Shown piece after piece: positions 56,482 through 64,000 of a stretch of DNA of 64,000 nucleotides (positions within the stretch are counted from its first letter, which is position 1; every line of letters starts with the position of its first letter). Below the pieces are notes generated by a model. It ran no database searches and was not told the origin of the DNA. It worked only from the letters and a program-made list of their open reading frames with translations. Source of the DNA: Steroidobacteraceae bacterium. Its GTDB lineage: Bacteria > Pseudomonadota > Gammaproteobacteria > Steroidobacterales > Steroidobacteraceae. The position numbers were made by a program, and so were the translations under genes. Location of the stretch: contig DAITMW010000001.1 of NCBI GenBank assembly GCA_036834945.1, forward strand, positions 24,454 through 88,453. Reading direction: 5' to 3'.

Positions 56482-58487
56482 TTTTTTAGCGCAAAGACTA
56501 CGCGCACACGTGCGCGTTGGTTGATGGGTTGACCGTCGCGCAAGATGGGGCGATAGCGCCACTTGCGTACGGCTTCCGTTGCCGGTTGGTCGAACAATCC
56601 GGCCGGTTCCGCGCGGACCACGGCGGGATCGCTCACGGAACCGTCCGTATTCACCATGAACTGCACATCGACCCACCCGCTGATGGCGCGCTCGCGCGCC
56701 GCGAGCGGAAATTCAGGCGGCACGTAGTGTGTCAGGTCGAGCTGCGCTGCCGAGACCACTTCATTGACCGGCTTGGGTGGCTCCTGCGCAATCCGGATGG
56801 CATTGTTGATCGCATCGATGCTCGTCTGACTGGCGCCCGCGCTGTGTGCTTCCTCGAGCCAACGTTGAGCGCCGGCGTAGTCCTTGCGCTCCACCGCGTT
56901 CTTGGCTTCGTCGAGAGTACGCGTGGAGAACGCCTCGCGGGCGGCTTCGGTCGACGGGACGGTTGGATCCGCCTGCACGAGTTGTGCGAGGTAAAACTTT
57001 GCGCTGTCGCCGTTCGGCTCCAACACCTTCCCCTGTGTCAGGCGCTGATTGACGAGCAACGCCAGGCGCGCCAGCGCGTCCGTCTTGGCGGTCGCGCGAA
57101 CGTGCGCCTCTTCCTGCTTCAAGGCGGCTATGTCGTCTTCGCCGACGCCGGCTTCGGCCGCGGCCTGGATCCAACGCTCGCCTTGATCGGCATCGCCCGC
57201 GGTCAGGGACTTGCGGGCTTCGCCCACGAGCCGGTCGAGGAATTGCCGTTGCGTCTGCTTTACTTCGGCGTCGTTCGGCGCGAGCGCCCGTGCGGACTCG
57301 ATATAAAACTGCGCGTTGTCCTGGGCCGGCTCGACGAGATCGCCGCTGTGCATCCGATCGTTCGCGCGGCTCACGTAATTCTGCACGCGCTCGGCGATCT
57401 TCTTCTGCTCGAGCTCCTGGCGCGCCTCTTGTACGAGGTTGGATTTCTGACCGTCACGGCTGGCCCCGTCGAGGACGGTGAGCGCCTGCTCGATATTGCC
57501 GCTGGAGGCGGCCTGGCGTGCCTGCGCGAGCACGGCCCTCTCGCGCTCCTTGCCGATCTGGGCCAGGAGAAAAGCAACCCGAACATGGTCTGGCTTGATC
57601 GCGCGGGCCAGGTTGGTGAGCCGCTGCGCTTCATCGAGATGCTGCGCCAGCAACTGCGCCTCAGCGCTCGACAACAAACGATCGATGACCTTTTCGAGGC
57701 CGTTCGCGCCACGCGGATCCTTCGGGTTGCGGCGCGCGGCTTGGGCGTACAGATCGGCGGCATTCGTGCCGGGCGGAGCGACGAGCGCGCCGCTGGCCAG
57801 AGCCGCCTGTGCACGTGACAAAAGGCTCTCGAGCGTCTCGTCGCGCGCGACGTCAACCGTCACCGGCTCCGTCACACTGACTGGCGCGGCCTCGGGCTGA
57901 CGCGGTGTGGTCTTGTGCAACAGCAACCAGCCGCCGACGGCAACGATGGCAGCAGCCGCGCCACCCAACAGCAACGTGTTGGTTCCGCCAGAGCGCTCTC
58001 CGGGTGGCGGGTTGGCGCCGGCTGCGGAGTCGATGCCGCTGTGCTCTTCGCCACGGCGGCGCCACGCGGCGTCGACGAACAGTTTGACCCGTTGCTCCGA
58101 GACCGGCTTGTGAAGAAATCTATAGACGGTGCCGTTGGTGATCTGCGCGGCCAGCGCGCTCTGATCGTCGACACTGCCGGCGACGATGAGGACCAACTCG
58201 GGGAACTGGGCCCGCAGTCGCTCGGACATGCGATCGATGGGGCTCGCGACGGCGCCCACATCGAGGATGGCAACGCCCGTGTTCTCAGCGAGCAGGTGCG
58301 ATGCGAGCTCGGATTCGGCGCTCACCGTGGCAGTCCTGTACTCCGAGCCGATCGCCCGCAGGGTCTGCACGAGTGCCTCGTCCCGCGTGAGCACGACGAC
58401 TCCTTCCCCCGGGGGCGCGGAGTCCCGGGCAGCCGGGATCGAGGCCGGATTGCCCTGGAAATCGTGAAGTACGGAGCCGCTCGCCAT
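56478..58487 (-). CDS. Receiver-like domain / single TM / helical repeats / TonB C-terminal domain protein
   Basis: 669 aa. N-terminal VVVLTRDEA..VAILDVG..YRFLHKP (REC-like) and TM LLLGGAAAAIVAVGGWLLL. At least three ~90-aa repeats share the core G-x-LV/L-x-P-x4-NA/SA-x-F/L-Y. C-terminal TonB_C (GWVDVQFMVNTDGSVSDPAVV..AVRKWRYRP). Confidence 0.7.
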   Translation of the reverse strand: MASGSVLHDFQGNPASIPAARDSAPPGEGVVVLTRDEALVQTLRAIGSEYRTATVSAESELASHLLAENTGVAILDVGAVASPIDRMSERLRAQFPELVLIVAGSVDDQSALAAQITNGTVYRFLHKPVSEQRVKLFVDAAWRRRGEEHSGIDSAAGANPPPGERSGGTNTLLLGGAAAAIVAVGGWLLLHKTTPRQPEAAPVSVTEPVTVDVARDETLESLLSRAQAALASGALVAPPGTNAADLYAQAARRNPKDPRGANGLEKVIDRLLSSAEAQLLAQHLDEAQRLTNLARAIKPDHVRVAFLLAQIGKERERAVLAQARQAASSGNIEQALTVLDGASRDGQKSNLVQEARQELEQKKIAERVQNYVSRANDRMHSGDLVEPAQDNAQFYIESARALAPNDAEVKQTQRQFLDRLVGEARKSLTAGDADQGERWIQAAAEAGVGEDDIAALKQEEAHVRATAKTDALARLALLVNQRLTQGKVLEPNGDSAKFYLAQLVQADPTVPSTEAAREAFSTRTLDEAKNAVERKDYAGAQRWLEEAHSAGASQTSIDAINNAIRIAQEPPKPVNEVVSAAQLDLTHYVPPEFPLAARERAISGWVDVQFMVNTDGSVSDPAVVRAEPAGLFDQPATEAVRKWRYRPILRDGQPINQRARVRVVFALKK

Positions 58488-58732
58488 CTGTGATTACCAA
58501 AGCCCGCCGCCGGGTCCGAAAAGGTGCCCGGTAGTCCCATGACGATGCCGTACGCGCGGCACCTTTGTCGCCACCGGCCGACTTATTCTGTGAAACAGGT
58601 CATCCTGTCGCGGTATGGCCGCACCGGGCCTAAAGTCCCAACAGAATTCAGTTCGGATAACGGACGGGCCGTGCTGTGAACTGCGTTGTTGTTTGCCGCG
58701 CGTTATGACAATGGCGGCATCGCAGGCAGGCT

Positions 58733-59524
58733 TCAATCGCGGGGCAACATGAATTTCGTCCCGTCATGCGAGAGCACCGCGCCTTGTGGCGTTATGTTCT
58801 CCACACGCACACCTTCCGTCGGCAACGTATCGCCTTCATGCATCTTGTGCATGTTGATCATGACGAAGCGATCCTGCGGATTCGCCGCGTAGACGTGCAG
58901 GTCCAGACGCAGGGTCGGCAGGTGCGAGGACGAGGCAACATCCGAGTACAGGGGCACGCCGCTCATCGTTCCACGCGAAACGTGGTTACCGAACGGCTGC
59001 GGTGGACCCGGGTCGGCGGCAGGCGCCAGGTCATCCGGATTCTGGCGCTCGGTATCCGCCGGGGCACTCTGTGAATCGTTATTGGCCGTCACCGGTGCGG
59101 TCATCACGCTGCCCGGCGCCATCTGCTGGCCCCCCTGTGCCGAGGCGGCTGCCGGAGTCTGCTGCGTCAAACCCGCTGCCTGCGCCAGAGGAGCCCCGGG
59201 CGCCGTTCCATTGACCGGCGCGGCCACAGGCGCAGGGGGATACGCCTGTCCCTGCTGGGGGGCCATGGGGGCCGCTGGGGCCATGGCCGTACTGTAGGCC
59301 GCGGCAGGCACGGCCGCAGGCGCGGCGGCCTCGGCGGTCGCAGGGCGGCGCAGGAGCACCCAGGCAACGATCACCAGGTTGATGGCGAGCAGCACACCGA
59401 GACCCACCGCCCAGAGCGGCAACTTGTCCCGTGGCGGTGCAACCCGGACTTCGAACAGGGCCGGGCCGTTTTGCCTTTGGCGGTCGGTCTCCGACTTCTT
59501 CAGCGCATCGAGAATGAACGACAT
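58733..59524 (-). CDS. gspB: Type II secretion assembly protein GspB/ExeB-like
   Basis: 263 aa with MSFILDALKKSETDRQ, a single TM, an Ala/Pro-rich linker and a conserved C-terminal domain. Starts 3 nt after the exeA stop. Confidence 0.75.
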   Translation of the reverse strand: MSFILDALKKSETDRQRQNGPALFEVRVAPPRDKLPLWAVGLGVLLAINLVIVAWVLLRRPATAEAAAPAAVPAAAYSTAMAPAAPMAPQQGQAYPPAPVAAPVNGTAPGAPLAQAAGLTQQTPAAASAQGGQQMAPGSVMTAPVTANNDSQSAPADTERQNPDDLAPAADPGPPQPFGNHVSRGTMSGVPLYSDVASSSHLPTLRLDLHVYAANPQDRFVMINMHKMHEGDTLPTEGVRVENITPQGAVLSHDGTKFMLPRD

Positions 59525-59527
59525 CTG

Positions 59528-61252
59528 TTACCCGCCATGAGTATCGGCCGCGTACAACAGCGGCGCATCGGATCCAGCGACGGCGCTCGCGAGCGCGATC
59601 TGTGTCTGGACCCCGGCGATGCCATCGACCGTGAGCCGGTGTTGGCGTTGGAAATCCCGTACGAGGTTGGATAGCTCGGTGTCGAACACATCGCTCACCG
59701 GAGCGTCGCTGTGATCGCCCCGCACATGCTGCAGACTCTCCCGCAGCCAGCGTACATCAGCACCATGCATGCCGGGTGAGAGCGACTTCACCTGACTGGT
59801 CCCTGGTCGCCATAACATGACGAAGTCGCCGAACCAGTAGCGCGACAGCTCGCCTATGCCGACCTCGTGCCGGATACCGCCGAGCTCGATGCGCGCATGC
59901 TCGTCGTCCAGGCGCGTCAGTACGACCTGGTGCGAGGCGCCACCGTCGTCATTCAGCATCAGGATCGCGGGGCGGTTGTACAGTCGCAGCTGCGCGAACG
60001 AGCCCTTCTGGATGAGACAGTCCAGGCCCTGCTGCTGAGCTTGGGTGCAGGGGTCGGTTCCGCCCGGCACGTACTTCGCGTTCCACAAGCCGAAGAGTTT
60101 GGCGAACGCGCTGTCGGTGTCCGTCTCGCTCGGATTCTGCGCGAGCAGCTCGGGCAACGGCTGCACGCGGGAGATCGTTCCAACAGCGGCGGCCGGAGGC
60201 GGATTGCTGACGGCGATCGCGGTACCGCCGTTCCCCGGCAGGGAGCCAATCGAGGCGGCGGTGGTGGCGGTGCCTTCGCCCGAGCCCCGTGTCAAGTTGG
60301 GTGTCTGAGCCGATGTTGGTGTTGCCGCCGCCTGGGGCTTCGAGCTCCATGGGCGCGTGGTCCAAAGTGCAACCGCCGCGGATAACAGCACGACCGCCGT
60401 GCTGCCAGCGGCGGCCCAGGGTAGCCAGTTCGGCGTGATGCGTCTGCCGAGCACTTCGGCGGCCGCGTTGCGCACGAGGGAGGCCGTCACCCGGTGGCTG
60501 TCCATCGAGTACGCGCCCAGCAAGGCTCGATCACAGATGACGTTGATGACGCGAGGTACGCCAACCGAGAGGCGATAAACCTCGCTCAGCGCCGAGCTGC
60601 TGAAGATGTCGGTGGTTGCCCCGGCGACACGTAAGCGGTGCCGTACATACGCTGCCGTCTCATCCCGCGACAGCGGGTGCAGGTGGTAGCGTCCAGTGAT
60701 GCGCTGGGCCAGCTGGCGCAATTCGTTGCGGCCGAGGAGCTCGCGCAACTCCGGCTGGCCGATGAGGATGATCTGCAGGAGCTTCTGGGTGTTGGTCTCC
60801 AGGTTGGTGAGCAGGCGAACCTGCTCCAACACGGCCGGTGCCAGGTTCTGGGCCTCGTCGACCACTAGCACCACGCGACGTCCGGCGCCATGCGCCCGGA
60901 GCAGGTAGTGACTGAGAACGTCGACGAGGTCTTTCAAACTCTCCGTCGAGCTGTCGGGCACCCCGATCCCGATTTCCTCGCAGATCGTGAGGAGGAACTC
61001 GGGCGCGGTCATGCGCGGGTTGAGGATGAGGGCGATTTCGGCGTTCTTCGGCGTCTGCGCCAGCAGGGAGCGCACGATAGTGGTCTTACCGGTGCCCACC
61101 TCGCCCGTGAGCTGCACGAAGCCGCCGGCCTCGTTGATGCCATACAACAGGTGAGCGAGAGCCTCGGCGTGGCGCTCGCTCAAATACAGATATCGCGGAT
61201 CGGGAGTGATCGCGAAGGGCTTTTCGTTGAGTCCGAAAAACGAAAGATACAT
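59528..61252 (-). CDS. exeA: ExeA/GspA-family AAA ATPase with C-terminal peptidoglycan-binding domain
   Basis: 574 aa with FGLNEKPF, Walker A GEVGTGKTT, VVDEAQNL and a TM. The C-terminal VRDFQRQHRLTVDGIAGVQT is PG_binding_1-like. Confidence 0.85.
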   Translation of the reverse strand: MYLSFFGLNEKPFAITPDPRYLYLSERHAEALAHLLYGINEAGGFVQLTGEVGTGKTTIVRSLLAQTPKNAEIALILNPRMTAPEFLLTICEEIGIGVPDSSTESLKDLVDVLSHYLLRAHGAGRRVVLVVDEAQNLAPAVLEQVRLLTNLETNTQKLLQIILIGQPELRELLGRNELRQLAQRITGRYHLHPLSRDETAAYVRHRLRVAGATTDIFSSSALSEVYRLSVGVPRVINVICDRALLGAYSMDSHRVTASLVRNAAAEVLGRRITPNWLPWAAAGSTAVVLLSAAVALWTTRPWSSKPQAAATPTSAQTPNLTRGSGEGTATTAASIGSLPGNGGTAIAVSNPPPAAAVGTISRVQPLPELLAQNPSETDTDSAFAKLFGLWNAKYVPGGTDPCTQAQQQGLDCLIQKGSFAQLRLYNRPAILMLNDDGGASHQVVLTRLDDEHARIELGGIRHEVGIGELSRYWFGDFVMLWRPGTSQVKSLSPGMHGADVRWLRESLQHVRGDHSDAPVSDVFDTELSNLVRDFQRQHRLTVDGIAGVQTQIALASAVAGSDAPLLYAADTHGG

Positions 61253-61281
61253 TGATATCGCTTAGGCCTTCGGCCATCTTC

Positions 61282-61306
61282 TCACGGGGTCGCAGCGACC
61301 CCGTGA
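61282..61306 (-). terminator. Hairpin downstream of dinB (candidate intrinsic terminator)
   Basis: tcacggggtcgc-a-gcgaccccgtga forms a near-perfect 12-bp palindrome, 36 nt past the dinB stop. No strong U-tract on the minus strand. Confidence 0.45.
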
Positions 61307-61341
61307 ATTTAGCGGCGCTGCGCGCCGGTAAGAATACTTCG

Positions 61342-62487
61342 TCATTTGCCGCGTCTTAACACGCCGCTACCAAAGCGCGCGCGAATTTCATCCAGCGCCG
61401 CGTCGAGGCGCGATGTGTGGGGTGGCGAATCTTCGAAAAGGCCGAGTTGAGACGCCGGGCTCAGGTCAGTCAAGACCACCCCCAGGAGCCGAAGTTTCGC
61501 ACCAGGCGCGCTCTTCAGCCAGCGGGCCAGCAGGTCACGCGCGATGTTGGCGACTGTGCGGCCGTCGTGTGTCGGCGGCGCGACGGCGCGCTGCCGCGTG
61601 AATGTAACGAAATCCGCACGCCGGATCTTCACCCCGATGCACCCGGCCATGAGCTGTTTGCGCCGCAGCCGCTCACAGGCGCGCTCGGCCAGCTGGTTTA
61701 TTTCGGCCTGCAAAGCCCGGGCGTCGCCGATGTCACGCTCGAAGGTCTCCTCGGCACTGAGCGACTTCTCGTCGCGGTCCGGTACGACCGGGCGATCGTC
61801 GATTCCCGCGGCCCGCTCCCGGACCCGCTGGGTGTATCGGCCGAACAACGGTCGCAGGACCGCATCGGGAGCCACCCGTAACTGGGCGAAAGTCTGGATC
61901 CCGGCCGCCTCGACCTGTGCCCCGCTCTTGCGGCCCAGCCCGGGGAGCCGGCGCACGGACAGGGGGTCGAGGACCTCGCGAATGCGCTCCTCGGGCACGA
62001 TGGTCAGCCCATCGGGCTTGTCGAGATCGGAGGCGATCTTGGCGACGAGCTTGTTCGTCGCCACGCCGACCGAGGCGGTGAGTCCGGTGACTTCCCGGAC
62101 CCGGGTCTTGATGCGACGGGCGATGGCCACCGCGTCACCAAAGAGCGCCTGGCTGGCGCTGACATCCAGATAGGCCTCGTCCAGGGACAGCCCCTGCACG
62201 ATCGGGGTCACTTCGTTGAAGACGCCAAAGACCTGGTCCGAGACCTCCTTGTAGCGGGCCATGCGGGGCCTGACGCAGACCGCATGCGGGCACAGCCGTA
62301 GGGCGGTGCTCATCGGCATCGCCGAGTGCACACCGTATTTGCGGACCTCATAGCTGGCGGCCGCCACGACACCGCGGCCGGCGATTCCGCCGACGATGAG
62401 GGGCTTACCAACGAGACTGGGATCGTCGCGCTGTTCGACGGATGCATAGAACGCATCCATATCGACGTGGAGAACAGCACGGGTCAT
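61342..62487 (-). CDS. dinB: DNA polymerase IV (Y-family)
   Basis: Trimmed to the ATG at 62487 (MTRAVLHVDMDAFYASVEQ). SLDEAYLDV motif. Confidence 0.9.
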   Translation of the reverse strand: MTRAVLHVDMDAFYASVEQRDDPSLVGKPLIVGGIAGRGVVAAASYEVRKYGVHSAMPMSTALRLCPHAVCVRPRMARYKEVSDQVFGVFNEVTPIVQGLSLDEAYLDVSASQALFGDAVAIARRIKTRVREVTGLTASVGVATNKLVAKIASDLDKPDGLTIVPEERIREVLDPLSVRRLPGLGRKSGAQVEAAGIQTFAQLRVAPDAVLRPLFGRYTQRVRERAAGIDDRPVVPDRDEKSLSAEETFERDIGDARALQAEINQLAERACERLRRKQLMAGCIGVKIRRADFVTFTRQRAVAPPTHDGRTVANIARDLLARWLKSAPGAKLRLLGVVLTDLSPASQLGLFEDSPPHTSRLDAALDEIRARFGSGVLRRGK

Positions 62488-62615
62488 CGGGAGGCGTTCC
62501 TCAAGGATCACAGGGAGGAAACGCTATCACGGACAGGTTACCGGGTGCGCACCTCGGGCGACGACCTCGGTCGGCACGCGGGGCGGCATCTCGCCCCCCG
62601 CGCGCCCAGCGAACA

Positions 62616-63044
62616 CTACTTGACGGTGATAGTGATCTTCTTCGAGATCACCGGCGGGTTGTGCGGGATATGGTTCGCGTCGCCGAGCAGCAGCTGCAGG
62701 GTGTGCTTCCCGGGCGGCAGAGTCACGGTCGTCTCCGTCTGCGCCTTGCCGAAGTGAATGATCTTGTCCGGCACGGTCGGTATCGGCTGGCCCAGGTCCG
62801 CCGGCGCGTCGGTGTCGATGAGCAGGTGATGATGGCCGGTGTTCTCCTGCTTCGTTCCTGCCGGCGCGAGGGTCATGCCCTTGATGCCGAATTTCACTGT
62901 CACAGGGCTGCTGACCGTCTCCCCGTTTTTGGGGCTGATGATGAACACCTTCGCGCCCTTCGGCGAAGGCGTGTGATCCTGGGCCTGGACATGGGCGACC
63001 GAGGCGGCCAGGACCAGCGCGGCGGCGACTGCAGATAGACGCAT
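62616..63044 (-). CDS. DUF4399 domain-containing periplasmic protein
   Basis: Trimmed to the ATG at 63044 (MRLSAVAAALVLAASVAHVQA signal). GHHHLLIDTD and HTLQLLLGDANH are typical of DUF4399. Confidence 0.7.
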   Translation of the reverse strand: MRLSAVAAALVLAASVAHVQAQDHTPSPKGAKVFIISPKNGETVSSPVTVKFGIKGMTLAPAGTKQENTGHHHLLIDTDAPADLGQPIPTVPDKIIHFGKAQTETTVTLPPGKHTLQLLLGDANHIPHNPPVISKKITITVK

Positions 63045-63117
63045 TACGACATTCTCCGTACAAACTTTAGAGGGGCGGCCTCCAGGCACCGCGCGCAAAG
63101 CTTAGACGGAGTACACG

Positions 63118-63140
63118 AACGCGGACAAATGTTCCGCGTT
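63118..63140 (-). terminator. Hairpin downstream of fadE (candidate terminator)
   Basis: aacgcgga-caaatgt-tccgcgtt gives a perfect 8-bp stem, 30 nt past the fadE stop at 63170. Confidence 0.35.
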
Positions 63141-63169
63141 TGGCGACAGGAAATGTGACAGTGCCGGTG

Positions 63170-64000
63170 TCAGGCCACCTGCGCGCTCGAGCGTACCGAC
63201 GGGGCCTGTGGGATGGGCTCGGACTGCGTGCCGAACTCGTGCGGCGCGAAATCATCGACGTTGATGATTGCCATGACCTTGCGGTCATAGTCGCGTAGGA
63301 GCGCGGCTTCCGCCTCCGTGACGATGCCGGCCGCGACGGCCTGTTGGATCTGACCCGGCAGATCCAGAGCCGTCACCCGCCCGGTCTTCACGCCCTCCAC
63401 CCGGATGCGCTTCTCGAGCGGCTCGACGGTCTGCGCGAGAATCAATGCCTCCTGCAGCAACCCGAAGGGATTCGAAGGCTCGAGCGTCCAGTACATGTAC
63501 TGACACAACCGCTCGCGCGCATCGGTGGGATTCAGGACGAGATCGGCGACCTTGCGGCCGAGGCGGTCGGCGGGCGCGGAGTAGGCGCGCCCCCGCGGCA
63601 GGATGAAGAAGCGCATCACACCGCCCAGGAAGCGGTTCGGGAAGTTACGCAGGAAACCGTATAACTGCTCCTGCGCATGGTAGAGCAGATTGCGGCACGC
63701 CCACTCCACGATGGGCAGGTCCTCCTGCGGCCGTCCCTGGTTCTCGTGATGTTTGAGAACCATCGACGCCAGGTACATACAGGAGAGGACATCGCCCAGG
63801 CGCGCGGACAAGTTCTCCTTCTTCTTGAGATAGCCGCCGAGCGTCAGCATCGCGACGTCGACCGCGAACGCGAACGACGCGCTGAAGCGCACGATGTGTT
63901 GGTAGTAACGGCCTGTCGGGCCCTCTACCGGCCGATGCGTAAAGCGCGCGTGCGTCAACGCCATGATGAAAGATCGCACGGCATTCGAGATCGTGAACCC
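63170..64000 (-). CDS. fadE: Acyl-CoA dehydrogenase FadE, C-terminal part (gene continues beyond the window)
   Basis: The frame is open to base 64000. The C-terminal DUF1974-like region (LCQYMYWTLEPSNPFGLLQEALILA..EKRIR..AALLRDYDRKVMAIINVDDF) is characteristic of long FadE-type ACADs. Confidence 0.75.
   Translation of the reverse strand, partial: GFTISNAVRSFIMALTHARFTHRPVEGPTGRYYQHIVRFSASFAFAVDVAMLTLGGYLKKKENLSARLGDVLSCMYLASMVLKHHENQGRPQEDLPIVEWACRNLLYHAQEQLYGFLRNFPNRFLGGVMRFFILPRGRAYSAPADRLGRKVADLVLNPTDARERLCQYMYWTLEPSNPFGLLQEALILAQTVEPLEKRIRVEGVKTGRVTALDLPGQIQQAVAAGIVTEAEAALLRDYDRKVMAIINVDDFAPHEFGTQSEPIPQAPSVRSSAQVA

Overview
GC-rich chromosomal window (mid-60s % GC judged by eye, not computed) from a Gram-negative genome, probably gamma- or beta-proteobacterial (inference from gene content). 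It holds about 47 densely packed protein-coding genes, many with 1-4 nt start/stop overlaps. I found no rRNA, tRNA, CRISPR array, transposase or integrase. (1) 1-21.4 kb is an envelope-glycan locus. It contains a GT9 heptosyltransferase-like gene, a complete four-gene ADP-heptose operon (hldD-gmhB-gmhA-hldE), an AsnB-family amidotransferase and a GT4. It also contains a GT-C-like polytopic membrane protein divergent from a flippase-like / HAD::UbiA / DprE1-like / DprE2-like operon (a polyprenyl-phospho-arabinose-type donor pathway). An exosortase fused to an EpsI domain, a GT2-AKR-GMC oxidoreductase trio and a PrsT-like TPR lipoprotein complete the locus. (2) 21.5-43 kb holds glmS and a run of secreted enzymes: a degenerate subtilase-like protein, a phosphoesterase lipoprotein with a collagen-like GXY tract, a Tat multicopper oxidase and a 1027-aa S8 peptidase. 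The pbpC / alpha-2-macroglobulin pair, a TonB-dependent receptor and an arylamine N-acetyltransferase follow. (3) 43-64 kb holds rimO with a 3 x 57 bp in-frame repeat, a metallophosphoesterase, an AidB-like dehydrogenase, an HTH-REC regulator behind an AT-rich spacer, assorted housekeeping genes, dinB, DUF4399 and a partial fadE. It also holds a minus-strand block of exeA-gspB, a receiver-like/TM/repeat/TonB_C protein and a receiver::Hanks-kinase fusion. The best candidates for something not yet described are the arabinose-donor module with its HAD::UbiA fusion inside an exosortase locus, and the translationally coupled receiver-TonB_C / receiver-kinase pair next to ExeAB. All functional calls rest on motif recognition by eye; no database search was run.
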